Source: Candidatus Caldarchaeum sp. | GTDB taxonomy: Archaea > Thermoproteota > Nitrososphaeria_A > Caldarchaeales > Caldarchaeaceae | DNA: 64,000 bases | Direction of reading: 5' to 3' | Assembly: GCA_033580815.1 (NCBI GenBank) | Contig: JAVQUC010000003.1 | Location: 31,292 to 95,291, forward strand | Shown here: in pieces, positions 9,886 through 20,100 of the stretch | Position numbering within the stretch: position 1 is the stretch's first letter | How the letters are laid out: each line of letters opens with the position of its first letter | The notes under the pieces: model-generated | What the model was told of the DNA's origin: nothing | Databases searched by the model: none | The model's input: only the letters and a program-made list of their open reading frames with translations | Translations under genes and position numbers: made by a program

Positions 9886-10868
9886 GAAAATTGCCAGTGG
9901 GAGTTTTCATATCTCCCGCAAGCTCTGCAAACATCGGCCCGGGCTTTGATGTTTTCGCGATAGCTCTTGAAAAACCAAGCTTGAAGCTGGAGGTCGACGT
10001 CGAAGAGGGGGAAGGCGTCACCGTCGAAGTCGAAGGCCCTTACAGGGACGAAATCCCAACTGACCCATCACTCAACGCCGCTGGAAAAGCCGCTCAACAA
10101 CTTCTCCAATCTAAAAGAATCAAGAAAAGCATCCGAATCGCTTTGGAAGCCTCTATTCCGCCTCGTAAAGGCTTGGGTGCAAGCGGGGCAGAGGCCGCGG
10201 CCGCGGTCTACGCCCTCAACAAGCTTCTCGGCCTAGGGCTTACCGACGACGAAATGGTGATGGCAGCGGCTGCGGCCGAGCCTGGAAACCATGCCGACAA
10301 CGTTTCAGCGTCACTTTTGGGTGGGTTCGTTGTTTGTTTACGGGACAGACTCGGTTTGAAAGTTGTTTCCATTCCTCCGCCGTCAGATCTCGGGTTGGTC
10401 GTAATCGTTCCTGACATTCGTAAGGAATCGACTGAGGCGGCGAGAAAAGCCGTTCCCAGCTCGGTTGAAATGTCGGTTCACGTCGAAGTTGCCTCAAAGG
10501 TCGCGGCTGCTTCGGCGGCAGTTTGCTTGGGCGACGTTGGGCTTTTTCTCAGGTCTGTTGTTTTCGACCCCTTGGTTGAATGTTCAAGAGCTGACGCCGG
10601 CGTTTACGGTGTGGGGGTTACGTGTAGGAAGCTTCTGGAGGAAAAACGGGTACTGTTTGAACGCTACGGCGTAGCGGAGGTTGTAAGCGGCGCCGGGCCT
10701 TCGCGGCTTCTCCTCTTCGACCGCAAAGAAAACAAGCAGGAAGTGGGAAGAAGAAAGATCGATGAAGCAGTGGCAGAGCTAATACGTCGTCTCGAAGAGT
10801 CGGGAACTAGAATTCTCGAAACAATTGAAACGAGGCCATCCATGCTGGGGTGCCGTCAAATAGTCTAA
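9882..10868 (+). CDS. thrB: Homoserine kinase (GHMP kinase family)
   Basis: 328 aa. N-terminal SSANIGPGFDVFAIAL and GHMP motif PPRKGLGASGAEAAAAV. The GTG start overlaps the upstream stop (GTGA). Confidence 0.8.
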   Translation: MRKLPVGVFISPASSANIGPGFDVFAIALEKPSLKLEVDVEEGEGVTVEVEGPYRDEIPTDPSLNAAGKAAQQLLQSKRIKKSIRIALEASIPPRKGLGASGAEAAAAVYALNKLLGLGLTDDEMVMAAAAAEPGNHADNVSASLLGGFVVCLRDRLGLKVVSIPPPSDLGLVVIVPDIRKESTEAARKAVPSSVEMSVHVEVASKVAAASAAVCLGDVGLFLRSVVFDPLVECSRADAGVYGVGVTCRKLLEEKRVLFERYGVAEVVSGAGPSRLLLFDRKENKQEVGRRKIDEAVAELIRRLEESGTRILETIETRPSMLGCRQIV

Positions 10869-10893
10869 ATAATCCATCAAAAGCAATTTTCTG

Positions 10894-11778
10894 ATGGACG
10901 CGGACTACAGAGAATTCATCGACAACGAATACAAAGACCACAAGGTCTACAGCATGCTTGCTAAAATCGAGAAGAACGGTGACAGAAAACAGCTCTTACA
11001 GAAACTGGCCGATATTGAAAGGAGTCATTCCGAGTTTTGGCGGAAGTATGCCCCCGAACACAGGCCAAAAATTTCAGGACTTTACCTGCGTCTACTCGCT
11101 TTGATACGGGTTTTCTTCGGGGTGACCTTTGTGGTCAAAATGCTTGAAAACCACGAGAAAAAGACCATGCAGAAATATCTCCGAATGATTCAGCTTCTCG
11201 ACCAAGACAACCCTGAAAGACGTTCAATTGAGAGGTTCATCAAGGAGGAATCGGAACTGGAGACATCCCTGGTGTCTAGCATCGATGAGGCGATAGTGCG
11301 GTACATAGGGTTTGTCATGCTCGGGCTTGCCGACGCGATCATAGAGGTCACTGGTGTTCAAGCAGGGTTTCTCGGGGTTACGAATTCCGCCTTGGTAGCA
11401 GGCTTGGCTGGACTCATCGTCGGAACCGCGGCGTCAATTTCGATGGGGGCGGCGGCCTTCTTGCAGGCGAGGCAAACGCCCAAAGAGAATGCCATCGTTC
11501 CCGGAATGTTGACCGGCATAATCTATTTCATCACAGTCCTCTTCATCGCTTCACCATATTTCTTAGCATCGGACCTCACGATGGCCTTTGGCGTGTCGAT
11601 AACAATTTCTGCTGTTCTCGTTGCTCTGTTTTCATTCTTCGTATCCATAGTCCAGAACAGGAGCTTCCGTAAAGAATTCTTCATCAACATAACGTTACTC
11701 GCATCAGTCATACTTGTCACCTACACCATAGGAAATTTGCTGGGAGCCTACTTCGGCATCAAACAACTGATTCCCTAG
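10894..11778 (+). CDS. VIT1/CCC1-family iron/manganese transporter with N-terminal ferritin-like domain
   Basis: 294 aa. The N-terminal helical soluble domain is followed by about 5 TM helices. The layout is as in the CCC1-like family (from memory). Confidence 0.7.
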   Translation: MDADYREFIDNEYKDHKVYSMLAKIEKNGDRKQLLQKLADIERSHSEFWRKYAPEHRPKISGLYLRLLALIRVFFGVTFVVKMLENHEKKTMQKYLRMIQLLDQDNPERRSIERFIKEESELETSLVSSIDEAIVRYIGFVMLGLADAIIEVTGVQAGFLGVTNSALVAGLAGLIVGTAASISMGAAAFLQARQTPKENAIVPGMLTGIIYFITVLFIASPYFLASDLTMAFGVSITISAVLVALFSFFVSIVQNRSFRKEFFINITLLASVILVTYTIGNLLGAYFGIKQLIP

Positions 11779-12911
11779 ACTTCCTCTATCAGCTGGAAGA
11801 TTTTCGGAAGATGGTTGACGGTTGGAATCACCAAGTCAACTTCGTTTTCAATCATGTAGTCAAGTCTCCGATAGTCGGTGTCCGTCACACCGGCGAACAG
11901 AAGGTCTTCGACTTCTCCCTTGGCTTTCAAGTACATTAGATGATCCTCCGCAGAATTTCCAACGTAGAGCTTAGCTCCGGGAGCGTCAATGTTTCGAACG
12001 GCCTGAAGAAGAGACCACGGGTTTGGTTTCTCGTATTCAAGCGAGTGAGCTGGGTCCGCCTCGACGTAGTCCCCGATGAAGACGCACGCCTTCTTTTCGA
12101 AGAATTTCTCCAGTTCTCCGAGTGTTCTCCAAGTCTCCCATGAACCACGTCCAGTACAGATACCGAGCTTGAGGCCACGACTCGTCAACATCTCCAACGT
12201 CTCCGAGGTGACGATAACCTTTTCCTCCTTCAACCTTCCGCCAAAACTGAAAAAAGGCCCGTTTCCACGACGGAGGAAAATCATGTCGGAGCCGTAGAAA
12301 GATTCATCGAAAGCCGTGTTGAGAAGGCTTGTACCGTATCTTTGGTCCGGTTTGAGTATTCTCTGGACTAGCTTAACCAAGTCCTCGTTGTGCAAAATCA
12401 CCTTTTCCACGGACTGCAGAGGTAGGCCGGAGCCCTCTAGCTCAACGATGCTACGGCTCAACTCGTCCATCCAAATCTTTAAACTAGATTCGTCAAGGTG
12501 CGCTGTCGAGCCTCTGTACCTTAAAAGTTCGGTCAAGTCTTTGCCCTCTAGTTCTTCCAGTCTCTGACGCACCTTTGGACTGATTTCCGCCGTGATTTTG
12601 GAGACAAGCCATTCGACTAGGAGCTGTATCGTGTTGGCGTCGTTGTTGAAACTTCCTACGGCTCTGATGTCGTAGATGGTTTGCGTGGGTAATGATTGTT
12701 CGTCGAACTTATAACCAGTCAAAATTTCCACTAGGATCGAAGTCACTTCTTTGATGACTTTGTCGTATGAGGTTTTTTCGTCTATGAGGACTCCGTCGCA
12801 GTCGAATATTGCTCCGACTGTTTTAGAAATCTTTTCAAAGGACGAGTATTTTACGTAGCATAGGCTGCCGCGTGTCCTGTATTCGAGGTAAAGCTTCGCT
12901 TTCTGAGACAA
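11775..12911 (-). CDS. HAD-superfamily hydrolase-like protein with large cap insert
   Basis: 378 aa. HAD motif I FDCDGVLID, motif II ICTGRG, and motif IV-like YVGNSAED. It overlaps the convergent VIT1 gene by 4 nt. Confidence 0.6.
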   Translation of the reverse strand: MSQKAKLYLEYRTRGSLCYVKYSSFEKISKTVGAIFDCDGVLIDEKTSYDKVIKEVTSILVEILTGYKFDEQSLPTQTIYDIRAVGSFNNDANTIQLLVEWLVSKITAEISPKVRQRLEELEGKDLTELLRYRGSTAHLDESSLKIWMDELSRSIVELEGSGLPLQSVEKVILHNEDLVKLVQRILKPDQRYGTSLLNTAFDESFYGSDMIFLRRGNGPFFSFGGRLKEEKVIVTSETLEMLTSRGLKLGICTGRGSWETWRTLGELEKFFEKKACVFIGDYVEADPAHSLEYEKPNPWSLLQAVRNIDAPGAKLYVGNSAEDHLMYLKAKGEVEDLLFAGVTDTDYRRLDYMIENEVDLVIPTVNHLPKIFQLIEEV

Positions 12912-12980
12912 TCAGACATCCATTTTGCTGTTGTGTTTGTTCTTAAAAGATTTTTAAGGTTTTTTGGACTGGAACACGTC

Positions 12981-13346
12981 ATGACTGGCGTTGTGAAAGT
13001 TAGTTTAGACGAGATGCCATGGGAAACGGTTCGCGAGGACTTGAAGAGGAGGATCGTAACGGGTGAGAAACTGATGCTTGCCCATCTTTCCTTCGCGAAG
13101 GGGTCTAAGGTTGTGATGCATCGTCATCATCATGAGCAGTTCACCGTCGTTCTTCAAGGCTCCGTGCGATTCAGTTTGGAAGATGGCTCCCAGTTTGTCG
13201 CCAAGAAGGGAGAGGTCGTCGTAATACCGTCTAACATAGGCCACGCGGCCGAAGCGCTCGAAGACTCGTTCACCTTCGACATCTTTTCCCCTCCCCGCGA
13301 AGATTGGGTTGCCGGCCGCGATGACTACCTAAAACAAAGAACCTAG
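12981..13346 (+). CDS. Cupin-domain protein
   Basis: The ORF track starts at 12933 and the in-frame ATG at 12981 looks more plausible. His-rich cupin motif 1 MHRHHHEQF and motif 2-like IPSNIGHAAEA. Confidence 0.6.
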   Translation: MTGVVKVSLDEMPWETVREDLKRRIVTGEKLMLAHLSFAKGSKVVMHRHHHEQFTVVLQGSVRFSLEDGSQFVAKKGEVVVIPSNIGHAAEALEDSFTFDIFSPPREDWVAGRDDYLKQRT

Positions 13347-13687
13347 GCCTTGCCGTAGAACACCCATTCCTCCATCAAGCGGTCGTGCCAGCTAACCGAT
13401 TCCTCTATGACCGTGTATTTTTCGGTTAGCTCTGCAATTTTCACGGCTAACAAGTGGTAGCACATCGGTTTTTCGTGGCTCATCACCCTGAAGAAAAAGT
13501 CTTCGCAGGTGCAGAAGCCGGCGGCTGGAACAACGAGGTAGTCGCGCGTCCTTCCCACGACCACCCATCGAACTCTTTCACCCGGTTTGAAGAGATATTT
13601 TTTGACTCGGCCTTGTTTCACTGTCTCGTAGGCCTCTGCAAAAAGCTCTGGATGTTCTTTCTCGAGTTTGGCGAGCTCGATGTTCAT
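13343..13687 (-). CDS. SWIM zinc-finger protein
   Basis: 114 aa. CxC-x14-CxH signature CTCEDFFFRVMSHEKPMCYH. The start overlaps the upstream phosphoesterase stop by 4 nt. Confidence 0.65.
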   Translation of the reverse strand: MNIELAKLEKEHPELFAEAYETVKQGRVKKYLFKPGERVRWVVVGRTRDYLVVPAAGFCTCEDFFFRVMSHEKPMCYHLLAVKIAELTEKYTVIEESVSWHDRLMEEWVFYGKA

Positions 13688-14469
13688 CTCAGGATTTCCC
13701 CCAACTCGCCCAGCGTTCCTATGTATGTTCCGTCGAGTCCGATGACTTCTGCTTTTCGGATGTCGAAGCCCTTAGATCTGAGGAGGGGGCCTCTCGAAAG
13801 GCCTGCTTCGCTGATTTCTACCACAGACCGGCCCTGCAGGACCCTGTTGAAACTCGGCATAACGAGCAGGTTGATTTCTCCAGTAAACGTATCAAAGTCG
13901 GTCTTAAAGAGTGACTGTGCTACCATCCTACGGTCTCCCCTCAGGCGTAGCCAAACTCCCATCCTAGCTGAAGATACGCCGACGCCGATTTTCAACACTG
14001 GGTGAAAATGGCCAATGACAATAGTGTCCATCATCAGTAATTTTTTATCGGGCTTTACGTGACCGTGAGTGAAGCCCGTCTTCTCCTCTAGCACTAGGTA
14101 ACCCTTCAACGGCTGTACCGAGGCCAATCCCGCCACCAGTTTACTGATTTTACCGTCGTGGTTTCCGGGTATTACGATGATTTCGTCGACCACCCGCTTC
14201 AGAGGCTTCAGCATTCTTGGAAGAATCTCGTATTCGAGAGGCGAGGCCCCACGGATGTTGTGTTTGAGGTCTCCGACAACGATGATTTTCCTGGCGTTTT
14301 GTTCCTCTGCGAGACTTGCAAGCTCTTCGACTATTTTCGGACTTTGCAAAGGCACTTTAACACCCTTGCTTCGTAACTCCTCTTCGAACCCGAGATGGAG
14401 GTCTGCGACGGCTAGCATCCGGACGGGTTTTTCAAGAAGGAGTGCGGCATGTCCTTCGACAAGCTTCAA
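13684..14469 (-). CDS. Metallophosphoesterase, archaeal SbcD/Mre11-related type
   Basis: 261 aa. Calcineurin-fold motifs in order: VADLHLG, VVGDLKHN, GNHD, THGH, GHFH. It resembles the SbcD_rel_arch family (from memory). Lies 21 nt downstream of top6A. Confidence 0.75.
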   Translation of the reverse strand: MKLVEGHAALLLEKPVRMLAVADLHLGFEEELRSKGVKVPLQSPKIVEELASLAEEQNARKIIVVGDLKHNIRGASPLEYEILPRMLKPLKRVVDEIIVIPGNHDGKISKLVAGLASVQPLKGYLVLEEKTGFTHGHVKPDKKLLMMDTIVIGHFHPVLKIGVGVSSARMGVWLRLRGDRRMVAQSLFKTDFDTFTGEINLLVMPSFNRVLQGRSVVEISEAGLSRGPLLRSKGFDIRKAEVIGLDGTYIGTLGELGEILR

Positions 14470-14490
14470 ACCCTTTTTGCACTCCGTTTG

Positions 14491-15579
14491 CTAACGTTTG
14501 GTCAACTCCGCGAGCTTTTCTGGGAGATAGTCTGAGACGATGTATTCGAGGCCATACCGGCTGAGCGCCTCAAGCTCGGCTTTCCTCTGTAGTTTTTTGA
14601 AGTTGTTGATTTCACGTTTCCATGGGTCGGCGATGTAACGTGGATCTTTTTCGAGTTCTGCAACTCTTCGGACGTCCTCTTCGTTGAACTTCATCGCCGG
14701 AAGCTTGTATTTCGTGATGTCGCTGGCCCAAAGCCCTGCCCAGACAGCATCGGGAACATTCAACTCTCGAACGTGAGCGGACAACGCTGAGCCGAAAACG
14801 ATCACGCTCGCTATATGCATCCCCCATGGATCCGCGTCAGTGAAGACGTAAACAGGTAAACCCAGCTCCGTGTTTAGCCTTCTAATGAATTTGCGCGTGG
14901 CTCTTGGGGCCTGTCCGGCGGTGTGGATGACGATGGCTTTGTACTTTGACGGCACCTTCTCTTCAAGAAACCTCTGGTAAATCGCACCCTTTTCGACTAC
15001 GAAAACATGTTTTGCCGACGCCCTCACGAATCTGGCAGTTGTCATTGCTGGCCCGATCATCGCGCCGTCCGGAATCGTGGTTAGGTCGAGTTTCCTTCCT
15101 TCGTATCCTGGGACGTCGTATTCGATGACGAGGGGCCCGAAGACGCTCGACCTTTCCTCTGGATATATGTTGAAATCCTCCCGGACAGTTCCAAGAAGAG
15201 TTTCGAGCTCCGTCACGGCTTCGTCGCTTTCCTGCTGGTCTTCAAAATCGACCTCATAGCCCAACGCGTTGTAGAACGCGTCTCTCAACGTGCTTGTCTT
15301 CCGGGTTTTGATGAGTTGGGCCGCGAACATAGCCATCCAACACAACTGGGTCAATGGCCTTAGATGTTTTATATTCCGAGCTGTTCTGACAATTTTCTTG
15401 TCCCCTAACACGTACTGGCGTAGCGACGGGTCGTATTCAATGTTGGAGGTGGTTCTCGCCGGAATGTAGACCTCCGGAAAATTTCCCTTCTCGATGGACC
15501 TTACTATTGACTCCGCAAATTCGCGTATTTTCTTCAGAACTTCCGGCCTTTGCGGTGGAGACGGTTTGGTTTTTGTCAC
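14491..15579 (-). CDS. top6A: DNA topoisomerase VI subunit A (Spo11 homolog)
   Basis: 362 aa. Catalytic-Tyr region TLRDAFYNALGY, Toprim acidic residues VFVVEKGAIY and FTDADPWG. Confidence 0.9.
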   Translation of the reverse strand: MTKTKPSPPQRPEVLKKIREFAESIVRSIEKGNFPEVYIPARTTSNIEYDPSLRQYVLGDKKIVRTARNIKHLRPLTQLCWMAMFAAQLIKTRKTSTLRDAFYNALGYEVDFEDQQESDEAVTELETLLGTVREDFNIYPEERSSVFGPLVIEYDVPGYEGRKLDLTTIPDGAMIGPAMTTARFVRASAKHVFVVEKGAIYQRFLEEKVPSKYKAIVIHTAGQAPRATRKFIRRLNTELGLPVYVFTDADPWGMHIASVIVFGSALSAHVRELNVPDAVWAGLWASDITKYKLPAMKFNEEDVRRVAELEKDPRYIADPWKREINNFKKLQRKAELEALSRYGLEYIVSDYLPEKLAELTKR

Positions 15580-15610
15580 CGTCGGAAGATTGTTCCGGCT
15601 GTTCTTAAAT

Positions 15611-17071
15611 TTACGTCGCGAACGCTGATGAGATGTTTAGGGTTGCTTCAAGGAATGGGGATGGGTATATTCCGATGATGATGGCCGACGCGGCAAGTAC
15701 TAGGAGAGGTATTCTCATGCTTGAAGTGACTGGTTTGGCGATGTGAAGGCTGGGTGAAGGCTCCTTGAGGAAGATTGTCTGAACGAGTCTTACGTAGTAG
15801 GCGACGCTCAGCAGAATGTTGAGCACCATGATTACTGCAAGTGTCGGATAGAATCCTCCCGCGGCAAACGCTGCGGTGACGATGGTGAACTCGCTCCAAA
15901 AAACGTTGAGACCAGGTATTCCCGCTAGAGAAAACGCGCCTATGCCGAAGCAAGTGGCGGCGAACGGTAGCTTTTTCCCGATTCCAGCGAGTTGGTCGAT
16001 GCTCCTCGTTTCGGCAGCGTGTATGAAGGCGCCGGCGCCGAGGAAGAGCAGGGCCTTCATCAAGGCGTGGTTGAGAACGTGGAAGAGTCCTCCGGCGACT
16101 CCCGTCGCCGTGGCTATGCTGATGCCGAAAACTATGTATCCGATGTGTGCTATCGAGCTGAAGGCGAGAAGGCGTTTGATGTCTTCTTGTAGAAGCGCTA
16201 AAACGTTTCCAACAGTCATCGTGAAGACCGCGAACAGAGCGAGCCCCAGCTGCCAGTCAAAAAGGGTGGGCGGGAAAACACCCAGCAGGATTCTAACCAT
16301 AGCGTAAACACCGGTTTTAATTACGACTCCCGATAGCATGGCACTTATCGGGCTGGGTGCCGCTGGATGTGCGTCAGGCAGCCACGTATGAAAGGGCGCC
16401 ATCGCCGCGTTTACGCCGAAGCCTGTGATGAGGAAAGCTATCGCTAGGTAGGCCCATGGTTCTCCAGCAGCAGCGGAAGTACCCAAAACCTGTCCAAGCT
16501 TAGCCAGTTCAAGGGTTCCAGCGAGGCCGTAGACGAGTGACATGCCGAAAAGTATGGCCGCCGCTCCCGCAGCACTCATGATGAGGTATTTAAGAGATGC
16601 TTCAACCGCCTCCCACGATCTGTACCGAAAGGCCACCAGAAGGTAGGATGACACGGACATAAGCTCCCAGAAGATGAAGAACGTGAACAGGTCGCCGGAA
16701 AAAACCACTCCGACCATACCCGTGATCAGCGCGAACAACAGCGGATAGAATTCCGGCTTTCTCTCCTCAAGATATCCTATCGAGAAAAGCGAGGAAAGAA
16801 AGCCGATGAAGACGAACACGACGGCGAGGAATATGGCCAGCTTGTCAACCAGAATAACAGAAGAATATGGCCCATGGGAGATTACGTAGTTTTTGCCTCC
16901 AAAAACTTCGATTGCCTGCTGAACGGCGATAGCGGTGGCCGCCAAGAATGCAAAGGCTGAAAAAGCATCGACTACGGCCGTCTTCCCTGTCCTCCGGCTG
17001 ATCAGTGCGAAAACTGGTGAGATGAGTGTGATGATGATGAGCGTGTTCAGTGTGGGTGTGAAGTCGACCAT
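15611..17071 (-). CDS. Proton-translocating antiporter-like subunit (NuoN/NuoM/MrpD family)
   Basis: 486 aa with about 14 TM helices. Family motif FTFFIFWELMSVSSYLLV. No other Nuo/Mrp subunits are nearby. Confidence 0.8.
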   Translation of the reverse strand: MVDFTPTLNTLIIITLISPVFALISRRTGKTAVVDAFSAFAFLAATAIAVQQAIEVFGGKNYVISHGPYSSVILVDKLAIFLAVVFVFIGFLSSLFSIGYLEERKPEFYPLLFALITGMVGVVFSGDLFTFFIFWELMSVSSYLLVAFRYRSWEAVEASLKYLIMSAAGAAAILFGMSLVYGLAGTLELAKLGQVLGTSAAAGEPWAYLAIAFLITGFGVNAAMAPFHTWLPDAHPAAPSPISAMLSGVVIKTGVYAMVRILLGVFPPTLFDWQLGLALFAVFTMTVGNVLALLQEDIKRLLAFSSIAHIGYIVFGISIATATGVAGGLFHVLNHALMKALLFLGAGAFIHAAETRSIDQLAGIGKKLPFAATCFGIGAFSLAGIPGLNVFWSEFTIVTAAFAAGGFYPTLAVIMVLNILLSVAYYVRLVQTIFLKEPSPSLHIAKPVTSSMRIPLLVLAASAIIIGIYPSPFLEATLNISSAFAT

Positions 17072-17113
17072 GAAACCTCGGGTTGGCTTCCGAAACCCGG
17101 CTTTTTAAGATAA

Positions 17114-20100
17114 TTACGAGCAGCCGGTCGTCGAACCACAGTTTACGCAGACGTAACAGGTTCCGCTCCGGGCCATGATGCTCCCGCATTCCGAACACGG
17201 AGGAGCGTCTGGTGCGGGTGCCGCGGATACCGTGGAATGAATTTCACTGACCATTGACTGATGCTTATCTCCGGCGGAAGTCAGCCCGAGCTCCGCGAGC
17301 TCTTTCTCAGGCAGAAACTTGATGGCGAGCCACTGAAAGACGTAGTCGACTACCGATTTGGCGAACCGTATCTGGGGGTTATCTGTGAAACCCGACGGCT
17401 CAAACCTCGTGTGGATAAACTTGTCGACCAACACTTTCAGGGGAACACCGTATTGTAGCGCGATCGATGTGACGATGGAGAAGGAGTCCATTAGGCCGGC
17501 GAGGGTGCTTCCTTCTTTGGCCATTTTGATGAAGATCTCGCCTGGGCTGCCGTCTTCGTAGAGCCCGACTGTGATGTATCCTTCTTGTTCGCCGACGCGG
17601 AATTTGTGGGTGATGGCCTTCCTTTCGATGGGCAGTCTTCTTCTGACCGGTTTAGCTTGTTGTTCCTCCTTTTTCTTGTTCACGGTCGACAGAGGCTGGG
17701 AAAGCTTGCTTCCATCTCTGTATATCGCGATACATTTCAGGCCAAGCTTCCAAGCATCCATGTAGACCGACGCCACGTCTTCGACAGTTGCCTCGTTGGG
17801 CATGTTAACGGTCTTGCTTATCGCACCGCTCAAAAACGGCTGAACGGCGGCCATCATCAACAAATGGGCCCGATAGTGAACGAAACGCTTGCCCTTCCTA
17901 CCGGAGGGGACGGCGCAGTCAAACACGGCAACGTGCTCGGGCCTCAGGTGTGGAGCGCCTTCAACGGTCATTGAGCCGCATATCACGTCCTCCGAGATTT
18001 CGATGTCCCTGTCGCTGAACCCTAGATGTTTCAACAAGGAAAATCCCGGCTCCCTGTACACTGTTTCCGGTATTCCAAGCCTTCTCATGGCTTCAGAGCC
18101 TAGAACATGTGGGTTGAACACATCGCTTAGACGCGATGCCGAAACCAACAGCATTTCGACTTTCTGGAGCTCGTCATCCCGTAAACCGCGGGCTTTAAGA
18201 GAGTGATAGTTGATTGGCTGTTTTCCGTGAAGCGTGTTCGTTCCGACCACGTATTCTATAATTTCGCGTATCTGCCTTTCAGAGTATCCCAGTTTTCTTA
18301 AAGCAGGCTCTATCGACCTGTTGACGAGCTTGAAATATCCACCTCCCACGAGTTTCTTCATCTTGACAAGCGAAAAATCAGGCTCTATCCCCAAGGTGTC
18401 GCAGTCCATCAAAAGCCCGATGGTACCTGTCGGAGCTATCAAACTCGCCTGCGCATTACGGATGCCGTATTTTTCACAGAGCGAAACTGCCTTGTCCCAG
18501 GCAGACCTCGCGGCGTCGAGTAGATACTTAGGGGCTAGCTCAAGCGGCGGCAGATGTGGCTTGATTTCTAATCCGTCGTATTCTTCCGGTTTGGCGCCGT
18601 AAATGGCTCTCCGGTGGTTGTTCAACACACGGAGGACATGCTGCTTGTTTTTCTCATATTCGACGAATGGACCCGCAAAACTCGCTATCTCGGCTGATGT
18701 CGCATAAACCTCTGCCGTCATTAATGCCGTTATCGCCGCTGCGACGGCGCGGCCTGCGTCGCTATCATAGGGAAGGCCCATCCTCATCAGTAGGCCGCCG
18801 AGGTTGGCGTAACCCAATCCAAGGCTTCTGGTTCTGTAGCTCATTTCTGCGATCTCGGGGCTGGGATACTGAGCCATTCCAACAGTGATTTCGAGGACAA
18901 TAGTCCACAGACGGACAGCGTGTCGAAACGCTTCTACGTTGAACTCTCCTTTGTCCTCGTCATAGAACTTGACCAAGTTGAGCGATGCCAGGTTGCAGGC
19001 GGTGTTGTCTAAGAAGTTGAATTCGGAGCAGGGGTTTGTCGCGTTTATCCTTCCCGTCTCTGGACAGGTGTTCCACTCGTTGATCGTTGTGTCAAATTGA
19101 AGACCTGGGTCTGCGCACGTCCACGCCGCTTTCGCAATCTTTTCCCATAGGTATCGGGCTTTGACCCGCTTCGCCACCTGTCCATTCGTCCTCCAGGTCA
19201 AGGCCCAGTCTCTGTCTTCGATGACGGCTTTCATGAAATCGTTCGTCACCCGAACGGAGTTGTTGGAGTTCTGACCTGAGACCGTCTGATACGCTTCTCC
19301 TTCAAAATCCGCGGGATAGCCGGCGGCAACGAGCGCGGCGACCTTCTGCTCCTCTTTCATCTTCCAGTCGATGAAATCCTCGATCTCTGGATGGTCGATG
19401 TTCAACACCACCATCTTGGCCGCCCGCCTCGTCGTTCCTCCGGATTTTATCGAGCCCGCGACGGTATCGCCTACTTTGAGGAAGGACATCACTCCGCTGG
19501 AAACACCTCCTCCTGAAAGAGGCTCACCTTTCGCACGGAGTGTGGAATAGTTGCACCCTTCGCCGCTGCCGTATTTGTATATGCGGGCCTGTTTAACCCA
19601 GGTGTCCATGATGCCGCCGGGATTGACCAAATCATCCTTGATGGATAGTATGAAGCAGGCGTGGGCTTGAGGCCGCGAATAGGCATCTTTCGAAGGCACT
19701 ACCGCCTTTAATTCCTCGTCGTAGTAGTAGTGACCCTGCGGCGGCCCAGTGATTCCATAAGCCCAGTGCAGGCCCGTGTTAAACCATTGAGGGGAGTTTG
19801 GGGCGGCCATCTGCATGATCAGCATGTATTCTATCTCGTCCTGAAAGGCTTGAGCGTCTTCCGCCGACGCAAAATATCCGAACTTTTCCCCCCAGTATCT
19901 CCAGCAGCCGGCCAGTCGTCTCACGACCTGCTTTAAGGACCTTTCAGGCCCCGTTACGTGTTTTCCGTCCTTATCTAAAACGGGATTACCGCTTTCATCA
20001 TACTGGGGCACCCCTGTTTTCCGGAAATATTTCTGAGCCAAAATATCTGTCGCGACCTGTGACCAAAAGCTCGGAACTTCGACATCCTTCATCTCGAAGA

